DNA of 12,460 nt from Octopus sinensis. Lineage: Eukaryota. The notes beneath the pieces were generated by a model that saw nothing but the letters and a program-made list of their open reading frames with translations, searched no databases and had not been told where the DNA came from. How positions within the stretch are numbered: the first letter of the stretch is position 1; every line of letters starts with the position of its first letter. The translations under genes and the position numbers were made by a program. The DNA is taken from the NCBI RefSeq assembly GCF_006345805.1, contig NW_021826615.1, forward strand, positions 1 to 12,460, in the 5' to 3' direction. This document shows positions 1 through 9,254 of the stretch, piece after piece.

Positions 1-82
1 CGTGGTTTCGATTCCCAGACTGGGTGGTGCGTTATGTTCTTGAGCAAAACACTTCATTTCTCGTTCAGCTGTAAATGAGTAG
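1..82 (+). mobile_element. tRNA-derived SINE fragment, cut by the window start
   Basis: B-box-like GGTTTCGATTCCC; the head GGTTTCGATTCCCAGACTGGG resembles GATTTCAATTCCCAGACCGGG of the SINE at 4342; followed by a CORE-like TTGAGCAAAACACTT...CAGCTGTAAATGAGTA. Confidence 0.6.
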
Positions 83-214
83 AAATAAGTAAAATCGAAT
101 AACCCAGCAACGAACTAGTGTCCCGGTCAGTGTGTATTTTGTGATCTAGGTCACTTCTACGCCATGGAAAAGGATAAACAGCTCTATGAATCCTAGCAGA
201 CAAGACTAGCATAA

Positions 215-467
215 GCGGGCTGGGTACGTCCCAGGTAGAGGCCACGGTTTATGGTCTCATTTGTCCTGCCGGGTCTTCCCACGCACAGCATACTTCCAAA
301 GGTCTCGGTCTCTGGTCATTTCCTCGGTGAGGCCTAAAGTCCGAAGGTCGTGCTTCACCACCTCGTCCCAGGTTTTCCTGGGTCTACCTCTTCCACAGGT
401 TCCCTCAACCGCTAGGCAGTGGCACTTTTTCACACAACTATCTTCATCCATTCTCGCCACATGACCA
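215..467 (-). mobile_element. 5'-truncated RTE-clade LINE fragment (ORF C-terminus plus 42-nt 3' segment) with 21-bp TSD
   Basis: Minus strand reads (Y)GHVARMDEDSCVKKC...GRGRPRKTWDEVVKHDL...RDRDLWKYAV*, the GHV.RM / GRPR.TW / DR..W signature of RTE ORF ends. Exact direct repeat TAGCAGACAAGACTAGCATAA at 194-214 and 468-488. Confidence 0.9.
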
Positions 468-838
468 TAGCAGACAAGACTAGCATAATATTTATGCTGA
501 GTGATTGATACGGCAACGACCCGGTCTCATGAAAAACACGATAGCAAACAATATCACGCACAACGTAGGAATTTACTAAGTAACTTAGCATTGTTAGAGA
601 GCGATATAAGTTACTGCTCCTCGTGCCAAACTTTGCTTGAAGTATCTTTAATCGTTGTTCGTATGTTGCTCAAGGACATTGGCGCTGCAACAAAAGTAGA
701 ATGGCGGAACTGAAAATCGAGACCAGATGTATAAATGTTAATGTGCTACACACATGCGCGCGCACGCAAACCAACAAAAATACACACACACGTATATGCA
801 GATGTTTATATAAATAACTGTTTACACATACACACACT

Positions 839-1014
839 CATATATATATAATAATATATATATATACATTCACCCACAGGCATATAATCACGATATATGT
901 ATATATATTCTTAACATGAATATCTATTTGTATATATACATGCACATATACGCGCATATACATACATATATATATATATGTATATATGTTATATATATGT
1001 ATATATATATGTAT

Positions 1015-1052
<38 letters not shown>
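839..1052. repeat. Imperfect (TA)n-rich microsatellite tract
   Basis: Directly visible; source of the YI-repeat ORFs. Confidence 0.95.
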
Positions 1053-1260
1053 CTAGCAGAGATACCCGGCGTTGCCCAGTTACATTCAATTGAAGAATTA
1101 GACTTTTCTGTTACATTTTCTGTAATGAACCGGAATATCTATGTTTCGAATTTCATCAAAATTGCAGATGAGGGTTATTTCCCTCTTTAAACACCCTAAA
1201 AAAACTGTAATCGTGTCACATGTATCCCATACTACTGATTTTTATGCGCATATTCCAAAA
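1053..1260 (-). mobile_element. Non-autonomous Helitron-type element, 3' end (5' extent uncertain)
   Basis: CTAG at 1053-1056 next to (TA)n, 8-nt spacer, degenerate hairpin CCCGGCGTTGCCCAG at 1065-1079; same layout as 1588 and 10030. Confidence 0.65.
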
Positions 1261-1586
1261 TTCCAGTCTTATAGAACCTGTTAAAAAGATTTTGCTCCTA
1301 AAAAATGAAGGTCATGGAGCTCTAAAATGTGTGAGTTAAGGCCCCAGTTGGGGGAGGGGTGCATCTTAATGTCAACCAGAGAAGTTGAATTGTTGAAAAT
1401 CTTTTTAACTTGGGTCTTATATCTATTGTTTGAATTTCTTTGAAATAGGAAATATATGTTCACTGGGTTTGTAAAAGAGAGCAAAGCTACAGGAAACCAA
1501 AAGACGAATGATCACAATAAGTAGTCAGTTACCCTACCCTAGTCGTTACTTGAAGTACCGGTTCAAGAACTATGTTATATATATAT

Positions 1587-1627
1587 ACTAGCATTATGAC
1601 CCGTCGTTGCCGGGTCATAGTGCTAGT
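1587..1627. repeat. 41-nt palindrome (17-bp arms, one mismatch, 7-nt loop)
   Basis: ACTAGCATTATGACCCG-tcgttgc-CGGGTCATAGTGCTAGT. Confidence 0.95.
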
Positions 1628-1928
1628 GCATGTATATATGTGTATATATATGTGTACATATTACATGTACATCTATATATATATACATCTACACATAAAA
1701 TACAAAATACAAAGTTATATCTTGATATTTCTAGTGATAACAATACTCAAAATATATAACAGACTGGAATTGTAGGCCCGTCTCTTGCAATTTCGATCAA
1801 TTGTATCTTGTGCTCCCTCTTGTATAGAAGTGTGGCTACAATCCAGCCTACCTCTACTTCTGGGGTGACATTTTAAATTTTTATCCTACGTTCCCGATAT
1901 AAAGGTAAAAATAAAATATTTCCACTTT

Positions 1929-1980
1929 GCAAGGTTCGAGTCGGGTACTCCCTTGCACGCTCCGTTGACTCGAACCTTGC
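1929..1980. repeat. Perfect 14-bp inverted repeat with 24-nt spacer
   Basis: GCAAGGTTCGAGTC (1929-1942) and GACTCGAACCTTGC (1967-1980). Confidence 0.95.
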
Positions 1981-2776
1981 TTCTATTATGGCGAATTTAC
2001 CGCCTCTGGTCAGATATCTTTCATAGTCGCACCAAGACACTTTTCGATGGTGCCTTCCTCCAGGTATTCAAATCTTTTTTTTCTCTACATTGTATACTTT
2101 ATAGAAAACAGTCTTTTCTTTTCTTTAATTTAATTTTTCATTTCGTTTGGTGGTGTTATCCTAGATTCACCGTCTTTGTCGGTGATCAATTCGAAATAGG
2201 TTTGTATTCCATTTTAATTCTAATGAGTTCGCGCCCGCTGAGGGCTGCAGCGAAATTCATTTTTGGACTTTCTACTATCGAAGGCATTCTAACAAAAATG
2301 CTTCCGTATAAACGGTGAAAATATTGTCAATTTCCCCAAACAGGGACACAATTCAATTTTTAAACAATAACCAAAGCTCCTTCTCCCAAAGGGGGAGGGT
2401 TACAGTTTACAATTATTTAACAAATGCAACACAACAACGTTTCCCTTATGAGGAACCAACAAACGTGATAACAATAGTTAAACAGTAATAATAATAACAA
2501 GAAACCTTACGGTGAATCAAAAATCATTACGCAGTTGATTTAATTTAATTTATTCCCATTCATGTGAAACCACTTATTCAAGTTCAAGTCACTGAAGCAA
2601 TTTTATACCAATTTTTACTTTTGTTATGTTACGATTATATTATACTTTAGTTTGATTTTAATTATTACTTACTACATATAATTCAATTGTTATTATTATT
2701 TTTATTGTTAAAGTGAAAGTATCTGACATAAAATAGAGAAATGTTTTTGTTCCACTTTTAACACGTAATACTGAAA

Positions 2777-3069
2777 TAGTGGAGATGATATGATATTGCT
2801 ATGGGCTCGCCCTAGGCAAGAAGTTGAACATTTTTTTTGCCCATAAAACTACATGGACCCTAAGTAAGGCATGTGTAAAATTTGAATGAAATTGGTTGTG
2901 TAGTTCTTAAGTTTTAGGGAATCGTAGTGGAGAAGATATGATATTGCTGTGGGCTCGCCCTAGGCCAAAAGTTAAAAAGATTTTTTGCCGATGACACTCC
3001 TCGGACCCTAAGTAAGGCATGTGTAAAATTTGAATGAAATTGGTTGTGTAGTTCTCAAGTTTTAGGGAA
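2777..3069. repeat. Two tandem copies of a ~148-bp unit near the Helitron 5' end
   Basis: TAGTGGAGA.GATATGATATTGCT.TGGGCTCGCCCTAGGC...GGACCCTAAGTAAGGCATGTGTAAAATTTGAATGAAATTGGTTGTGTAGTTCT.AAGTTTTAGGGAA starts at 2777 and 2925. Confidence 0.95.
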
Positions 3070-3417
3070 ACACACAGACAGACAGGCAAATTCTCAGTTT
3101 TATATATATATATAGATACATAGACGCAATCACACATCTACTCATCGTTGTTTACGACCTAAAGCACATTCTTAACGTTCCTAACATCAACCGGTTAATT
3201 CACGCATCCATCTTTTAATTATTCAAGAATTTAATTAACTGATTATGATGTAAGTATTGTACACATATATGCGCGTGCGCGAAAACACATACACGCTCGC
3301 GCGCGCGCGTGTGTGTGTGTGTGTAAAGTAAACTTAAGTGTCTCTATTTTAGTAAACACACAGCTTAACCTCATTGCGAAAAGTCAATACCCTGGATACA
3401 CTACGTTTAGTTTTTTG

Positions 3418-3420
<3 letters not shown>

Positions 3421-3500
<80 letters not shown>
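3421..3500. repeat. (TC)40 microsatellite
   Basis: 80 nt of uninterrupted TC. Confidence 0.98.
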
Positions 3501-3504
<4 letters not shown>

Positions 3505-4009
3505 AGTAACCCTATAAAGTGATCGAAATGGTTTCGCTATCTTTTCAGCGATCTGATTTGCCAGTCACAGAGTGAATGGTAACTAAAATATAACTGAAAT
3601 GGTAACCCAAATTTGCATCTCATGCTAGTATTGTGATTGCGAATTATTTAATTAATTACTAGAAGCTTTATGTGTGCATCTATACACGGACGCATGTATG
3701 AATGTGTGCATGAACTATGGAGGGAGAGAAGCGCCGTGTTATGCTTCTATTGCGCTGTCAGATAAATTCATTGGCTTTTTTTTTTGTTCTTTGCTTCTTG
3801 GCATTCCATCGTCAATATATCTGAAAAGACGTAAATTTATTTCAAAGACGATAAACAAAAGTTGTGGAGTAAGAAAAGTTACAATAAATATATGGTGGCT
3901 GTTAGCTCATTACGGATCTTGACCGCTTCTGGTACCTATATCTTTTGATAGACGCTGCATTGAAACTGCTCCTCCTGAACGAAAATTCCAACAATTCTTG
4001 TATGTCTTA

Positions 4010-5620
4010 CCTATATGGGCACGCTGGTGCGATCTCATATCAGTGAGAGATCTACATACTTTTGGACATAAAGAACATTTAAAGGAGGAATGAGAAACAC
4101 TCGGAACACTAATTATATTAAGCTCATTTTTACGAATTTCTCTTTTCCTGTCAGCATGCTTAGTTCTGTCAAGATCAAAATCTTTAACATCGCTGCAAAT
4201 CGTAGCTCCACACGCTTTCCTATCTGCTGCGAGTAATTCAAATTTGACTACAAAGAGTCTTGTCTTTTCTTCGGCTTACGATTCTTTTTTCTCTTTCCCA
4301 GCATAAGCATTTATTTGAGAATGTATTCATTATCCATACGGGAGGCGCAATGGCCCAGTGGTTAGGGCAGCGGACTCGCGGTCGTAGGATCGCGATTTCA
4401 ATTCCCAGACCGGGCGTTGGGAGTGTTTATTGAGCGAAAACACCTAAAGCTCCACGAGGCTCCGGCAGGGGATGGTGGTGATCCCTGCTGTACTCTTTCA
4501 CCACAACTTTCTCTCACTCTTACTTCCTGTTTCTGTTGTACCTGTATTTCAAAGGGCCGGCCTTGTCACTCTCTGTGTCACGCTGAATATCCCCGAGAAC
4601 TACGTTAAGGGTATACGTGTCTGTGGAGTGCTCAGCCACTTACACGTTAATGAGCAGGCTGTTCCGTTGATTCGGATCAACCGGAACCCTCGTCGTCGTA
4701 ACCGACGGAGTGCTTCCAACTATCCATACGGACGAGATGGCCTGTCCATCACAGTTGATTCATGGCCTGGATAGATGTGGTCCTAGCTTCTGTAAGAACT
4801 TCCTCGGTGTCAGGAATGAGTGAGGACCAGTTTATTCTGACGCATGTCCATTGTCCAAATTTCAGAACAATACAACGGTGCAGAAACAACACATATGAAA
4901 CATAAACCGTGATCTTAGTGTCAGCTTTGATAAAGTACTGTGACCAAGCTTTAGATTCTGGGCTGCGAAAGGCTTTTGCTCCCTGTTGAATACGAGAAGT
5001 GATTTCAGCATCTACTTGCACCATGCTACCCATGTATTCAAAAGAAGGCACTACTTTAAGCATTGTACCCTTAACCAGTATCTGAAATGCATTGAATTGG
5101 TCTCCAGAAGCAGGTTAATTCATTACAAGATATTTTTTTGTTTCAAATTCATTGCGAGGCTACAAGAGTCACATGAAGATTCAAACGCACCAATTAGGTT
5201 CTGTAAGCCTTGCTCAGTATCACTGGGTCACAGTCAACTGGGAACGAAAGATTCCGTACCAAAGAGGTAAAGACCTTGGATTTAAAGTTTATTCTTGTCA
5301 GATTAAACCCATGACCCGAAGAGCGGTGTCGTATATAAATGACATCTGTTGAAGTTGTAAATGCATTTGAAAGCAGAGCCGCAAAATATATGGGGAAGAG
5401 TGTTGGTGCTTCGAGATCACTCTGCTTAATTCCATTTTCAACCGGAAATGTTTCCGATAAGGTTCCACCAAATTTAACACGGGCCTTTCTATCCTAATAG
5501 AGAGCCCTGGTTATATTCATAAGCTTTAAATTATAAGCGCAGTGATGAATAAATTTTATGGTAAAGCCCATCGTAAACTTTGTTATTAAATATGGTCATT
5601 CTAACTTTTTCTGTTAATTC
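4010..5620 (-). pseudogene. Decayed RTE-clade LINE ORF (RT domain through C-terminal C2H2 finger), interrupted by a SINE
   Basis: Minus strand with stops and frameshifts: KARVKFGGTLSETFPVENGIKQSDLEAPTLF...IYIRHRSSGHGFNL...LVRNLSFPVDC (FADDC position, 5233-5244)...HTEQGLQNL...LKVVPSFEYMGS...EITSRIQ...QL*WTGHLVRMD [SINE] ...FELLAADRKA...CSLCPKVCRSLTDMRSHQRAH. Similarity is clear to about 5545 and weak to about 5620. Confidence 0.88.
4342..4720 (+). mobile_element. Full-length tRNA-derived SINE (family C here), ~380 bp, 11-bp TSD
   Basis: A box TGGCCCAGTGG, degenerate B box GATTTCAATTCC; TSD TATCCATACGG at 4331-4341 and 4721-4731. Confidence 0.92.
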
Positions 5621-5707
5621 TTCGTGTAAGTTAATAAACCACTCCAAAAGTGAAGTGAGCGCAGTTGGGAGGCGTATTTATGACGTTCTTAACTTTAAAA
5701 TTACATA

Positions 5708-6128
5708 GGCGCAGGAGTGGCTGTGTGGTAAGTAGCTTGCTAACCAACCACATGGTTCCGGGTTCAGTCCCACTGCGTGGCATCTTGGGCAAGTGTCTTC
5801 TGCTATAGCCCCGGGCCGACCAATGCCTTGTGAGTGGATTTGGTAGACGGAAACTGAAAGAAGCCTGTCGTATATATGTATATATATATATATGTGTGTG
5901 TGTATGTGTTTGTGTGTCTGTGTTTGTCCCCCTAGCATTGCTTGACAACCGATGCTGGTGTGTTTACGTCCCCGTCACTTAGCGGTTCAGCAAAAGAGAT
6001 CGATAGAATAAGTACTGAGCTTACAAAGAATAAGTCCCGGGGTCGATTTGCTCGACTAAAGGCGGTGCTCCAGCATGGCCGCAGTCAAATGACTGAAACA
6101 AGTAACAAAAGAAAAACAACAAAAGAAA
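5708..6128 (+). mobile_element. tRNA-derived SINE (family A here) with CORE-like segment and internal (TA)/(TG) microsatellite
   Basis: A box TGGCTGTGTGG (5718-5728), B box GGTTCAGTCC (5761-5770), CTTGGGCAAGTGTCTT, A-rich tail; second copy at 7050-7502. Confidence 0.9.
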
Positions 6129-6136
6129 GTGCCACG

Positions 6137-6350
6137 AAATTAGATGAACTTAACTACTGTACCGTTGTATTGAAATTCCTGTTTGGTATTATAATCGCCT
6201 GAAAAATAACTTGATTTCACATTGTGGAGTTCTCTCCATCACATCAAATCTCTCACACCCCGAATAAACTGCTACGGTCAGCGTTGTTGGCAATCAAATA
6301 ATCATGAAGCCATGGATGACATTGTTATATTCTGACAATTCCCATTGGGT
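6137..6350 (+). pseudogene. Possible highly decayed mariner transposase N-terminus
   Basis: LDELNYCTVVLKFLF...EK*LDFTL.EFSPS resembles the mariner N-terminal pattern M.K.EYRAVIKFLF...ELD.TLG..APS; frameshifts are needed and no TIR was found. Confidence 0.3.
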
Positions 6351-6429
6351 CTAAAAACACAGGGAAAACACAGGAATCCATTACGGGATGGAGAATGCTG
6401 ACTTCGTGAGATTATTTGTCTTTGATACC

Positions 6430-6662
6430 TATTTCTTTACTACCCACAAGGGGCTAAACACAGAGAGGACAAACAAGGACAGACATAGGTATTAAGTCGA
6501 TTACATCGACCCCAGTGCGTAACTGGTTCTTAATTTATCGACCCCGAAAGGATGAAAGGTAAAGTCGACCTCGGCGGAATTTGAACTCAGAACGTAGCGG
6601 TAGACGAAATACGGCTACGCATTTCGCCCGGCGTGCTAACGGTTCTGCCAGCTCGCCGCCTT
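6430..6662 (-). mobile_element. Full-length tRNA-derived SINE (family B here), 15-bp TSD
   Basis: Minus strand GGCGGCGAGCTGGCAGAACC...GAGTTCAAATTCC (B box)...GTCGACTTTACCTTTCATCC...GGGTAGTAAAGAAATA. TSD TTTGTCTTTGATACC at 6415-6429 and 6675-6689, with an extra TTTCTTTGTC-like duplication at the 5' junction. Confidence 0.92.
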
Positions 6663-6876
6663 TCTTTGTCTTTCTTTGTCTTTGATACCCTTACGATGCA
6701 AGCATCCATTTACGTGTCCGTTTTCTAAAGACAATGAATTAGCTATCTGACGCATATTAACACCTCAATATAAAATTCAATAAAGATTTGATAGGCATAT
6801 TCGAGAACTTTGACTTAAGTATAACTAATAATCCATTCTAACGACAGCTAATTTTCAATATATTTTATTAGATACT

Positions 6877-7012
6877 AAGACAGGGAGCTGGCAGAAACGT
6901 TAGCACGCCGGGCGAAAAGCGTAGCCGTATTTCGTCTGCCATTACGTTCTGAGTTCAAATTCCGCCGAGGTCGACTTTCATCCGTTCGGGGTCGATAAAT
7001 TAAGTACCAGTT

Positions 7013-7014
<2 letters not shown>
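6877..7014 (+). mobile_element. Family B SINE, 3'-truncated
   Basis: Aligns with the reverse complement of 6525-6662; B box GAGTTCAAATTCC at 6951-6963; stops at ACCAGTTAC before (TA)n. Confidence 0.9.
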
Positions 7015-7049
<35 letters not shown>

Positions 7050-7052
<3 letters not shown>

Positions 7053-7212
7053 GCTTGCATCCCAACCACATGGCACCGGGTTTAGTCCCACTACGTGGCA
7101 CCTTGGGCAAGTGTCTTCCACTATAGCCTCGACCGACCAAAGCCTGTGAGTGGATTTGGTAGACGGAAACTGAAAGAAGCCTGTCGTAGATATATATATA
7201 TATATATGTATG

Positions 7213-7292
<80 letters not shown>

Positions 7293-7502
7293 GTTTGTGT
7301 GTCTGTGTTTGTCTCCCCACAACGCGCTTGACAACCGATGCTGGTTTGTTTACATCTCCGTAAACTTAGCGGTTCGGTAAAAGGAACCAATAGAATAAGT
7401 AATAGGCTTACAAAGAATAAGTCCCGGGGTCGATTTGCTCGACTAAAGGCGTTGCTCCAGCATGGCCGCAGTCAAATGTCTGAACCAAATAAAAGAATAA
7501 AA
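7050..7502 (+). mobile_element. Family A SINE, 5'-truncated (A box missing), with an expanded internal (TA)n
   Basis: Colinear with 5732-6110 from GTAGCTTGC to CAGCATGGCCGCAGTCAAATG and an AAAAGAAT tail. Confidence 0.9.
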
Positions 7503-8081
7503 GGACGTATATGTGTATATGTGTGCGCACGCGTGTGTATGAAGTGAAGAATTATTTCTTGAGTGCTTGTGTGTTTACCTTCACCAATTTCCTTTTATCT
7601 GACACAGTTATTCTTTCTTTATTCTCATTACGCAATAGATTCACCTTAAAATGGTAAAAAGCTGTCTTAACAGTGCATACTTTGGAACAGTAGACAAAGG
7701 AACTCTGCTTATAATCATTATTACGTCAGAAAATATCACTTAAAATAGCGAATGGGAAGTTCAGATAAGTAAATGAATAATCGCTTGGCAATTTGATGCA
7801 TACGAATAGCGATGATGTAAGAGGCACCAATTCAAAGCAACGGATAATGTGTGAATTCTGCAACAAAGATGGCGTATAAATGAAGCTATGGTAATTGGTG
7901 GTGGTGGGGGGGGACCAGATTGGTGATGCATTGATGAAGATATGAAAGACTCGTGCGAATTTTCGTATTTTAAAGCACCGTTGTTGTCTGTCATTACCAA
8001 CAATGATAACGGCATGCGGTACATCATGTGTATACATATACACCCGCCCATAAATCTTTTAAATCTTTAAATTTGTAAAGT

Positions 8082-8117
8082 GTTTCAAGCTTCAAAGCTG
8101 CGGCCATGCTGGGGCAT
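8082..8117 (-). mobile_element. Short SINE 3'-end fragment
   Basis: Reverse complement GATGCCCCAGCATGGCCGCAGCTTTGAAGCTTGAAAC resembles the family A end GGTGCTCCAGCATGGCCGCAGTCAAATGACTGAAAC. Confidence 0.6.
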
Positions 8118-8143
8118 CCTCGCTGGCTATACAACACCTTCAT

Positions 8144-8324
8144 AAGGCGGCGACCTGGCAGACACGTTAGCGCGCCGGGCGGAATGCTTAGTGGTATTTC
8201 GTCTGTCGTTACGTTCTGAGTTCAAATTCCGCCGAGGTCGACTTTGCCTTTCATCCTTTCGGGATCGATTAAATAAGTACCAGTTACCCACTGGGGGTCG
8301 ATATAATCGATTTAATCCGTTTGT
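8144..8324 (+). mobile_element. Family B SINE (different variant), 3' end lost in (TA)n
   Basis: AAGGCGGCGACCTGGCAG...GAGTTCAAATTCCGCCGAGGTCGACTTTGCCTTTCATCC...; has GCTTAGTGG where the two upstream copies have GCGTAGCCG. Confidence 0.9.
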
Positions 8325-8328
8325 ATGT

Positions 8329-8429
8329 TATATATATATATATAATATATATATATGCGTCGTACGTACACTTTCGTCCCTCTCCCCATCTACTCTCTCG
8401 ATATATATATATATATACATACATATGTA

Positions 8430-8481
<52 letters not shown>

Positions 8482-8614
8482 ATATATATATACACACACA
8501 TATATATATATATATATATACACACACATATATATATATATATGTTTGTATGTATGTATATAACTGAATTAAAGATAATGCTAATGATACTTCATCATAA
8601 TTATTATTATTATA

Positions 8615-8657
<43 letters not shown>
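8329..8657. repeat. Compound (TA)n/(CA)n tract, then (TAT)n at about 8599-8657
   Basis: Directly visible. Confidence 0.95.
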
Positions 8658-8662
<5 letters not shown>

Positions 8663-8691
8663 GCAGTCAAGAGCCTTCACGTCCTTATATA

Positions 8692-8932
8692 CCCGCTAGA
8701 AATAGTGCCAAATGTCCCTCAAATCGCACCCTACTGCTTCAGGGAAATAACTCATTGGATAACGTACAAAAATACGAAATGATCACAGATGGTACGGCTT
8801 TCATAATATGGGTCGCTCTATTAGATCTAACTTGGGGTTATACAATAGCAACAACAAAAAAACAACTTCAGCTTCATAACCACCACCAACACAACAACAT
8901 CCACCGCTACCCCAACCACAACCACCACCACT
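8692..8932 (+). mobile_element. Old repeat remnant ending in a (CAA/CAC)n tail
   Basis: Shares CC.GCTAGAAATA, ATGTC.C and TGATC.C.GATGGT with 10609-10700; both are followed by CAA-rich tails. Confidence 0.4.
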
Positions 8933-9139
8933 ACATAAGTACTTAGGTCACGATTACTGCACTTAACCTGTACTAATATAATATACAATAATGTTGTTGA
9001 CAAAATTATTATTGCGCAACAAGAGCAGAATAGTTACATCCAGACATCGTCCTAGATATACACATGTGGATACGTACAATGTGTATATAATTAGACTATG
9101 CGGTACACACACATACATATATAACATGGGCGTGCGTTG

Positions 9140-9206
9140 ATATATATATATATGTTTGTGCCCGAATGTACTTGCGTGTATATATATATATATATATATA
9201 TTATAT

Positions 9207-9254
<48 letters not shown>

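Larger units (their letters stand above)
1588..3116 (-). mobile_element. Non-autonomous Helitron-type element, about 1.5 kb
   Basis: Minus strand starts A|TC at 3116 (TCTATATATATATAAAACTGAGAATTTGCCTGTCTGTCTG) and ends hairpin + CTAG|T at 1588; no TSD; no Rep/helicase ORF. The 5' end resembles the one at 10424. Confidence 0.75.

Noticed and set aside
1953-2318. 121-aa plus-strand ORF as a membrane protein
   Set aside because: F/L richness follows from T-rich DNA, the start is non-ATG, and no family is recognised.
2165-2399. Small hairpins (TCACCG/CGGTGA; CCTTCTCCC/GGGGGAGGG)
   Set aside because: Stems of 6-9 bp with wobbles are expected by chance.
2777-3069. Direct repeats as a CRISPR array
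   Set aside because: Two adjacent 148-bp units with no spacers, in eukaryotic repeat context.
4342-4415. tRNA genes at SINE heads (also 5708, 6877, 8144)
   Set aside because: A and B boxes are present but no complete cloverleaf is evident, and each continues into a SINE body.
5690-6145. TSD for the family A SINE (AAATTACAT / AAATTAGAT)
   Set aside because: Short, mismatched, AT-rich and offset from the element ends; likely chance.
7595-7700. Polypyrimidine tract + AG as a host splice acceptor
   Set aside because: No convincing exon frame or donor; such motifs are common in AT-rich DNA.
7897-7914. G-rich run as a G-quadruplex
   Set aside because: At most a two-tier GG pattern; weak.
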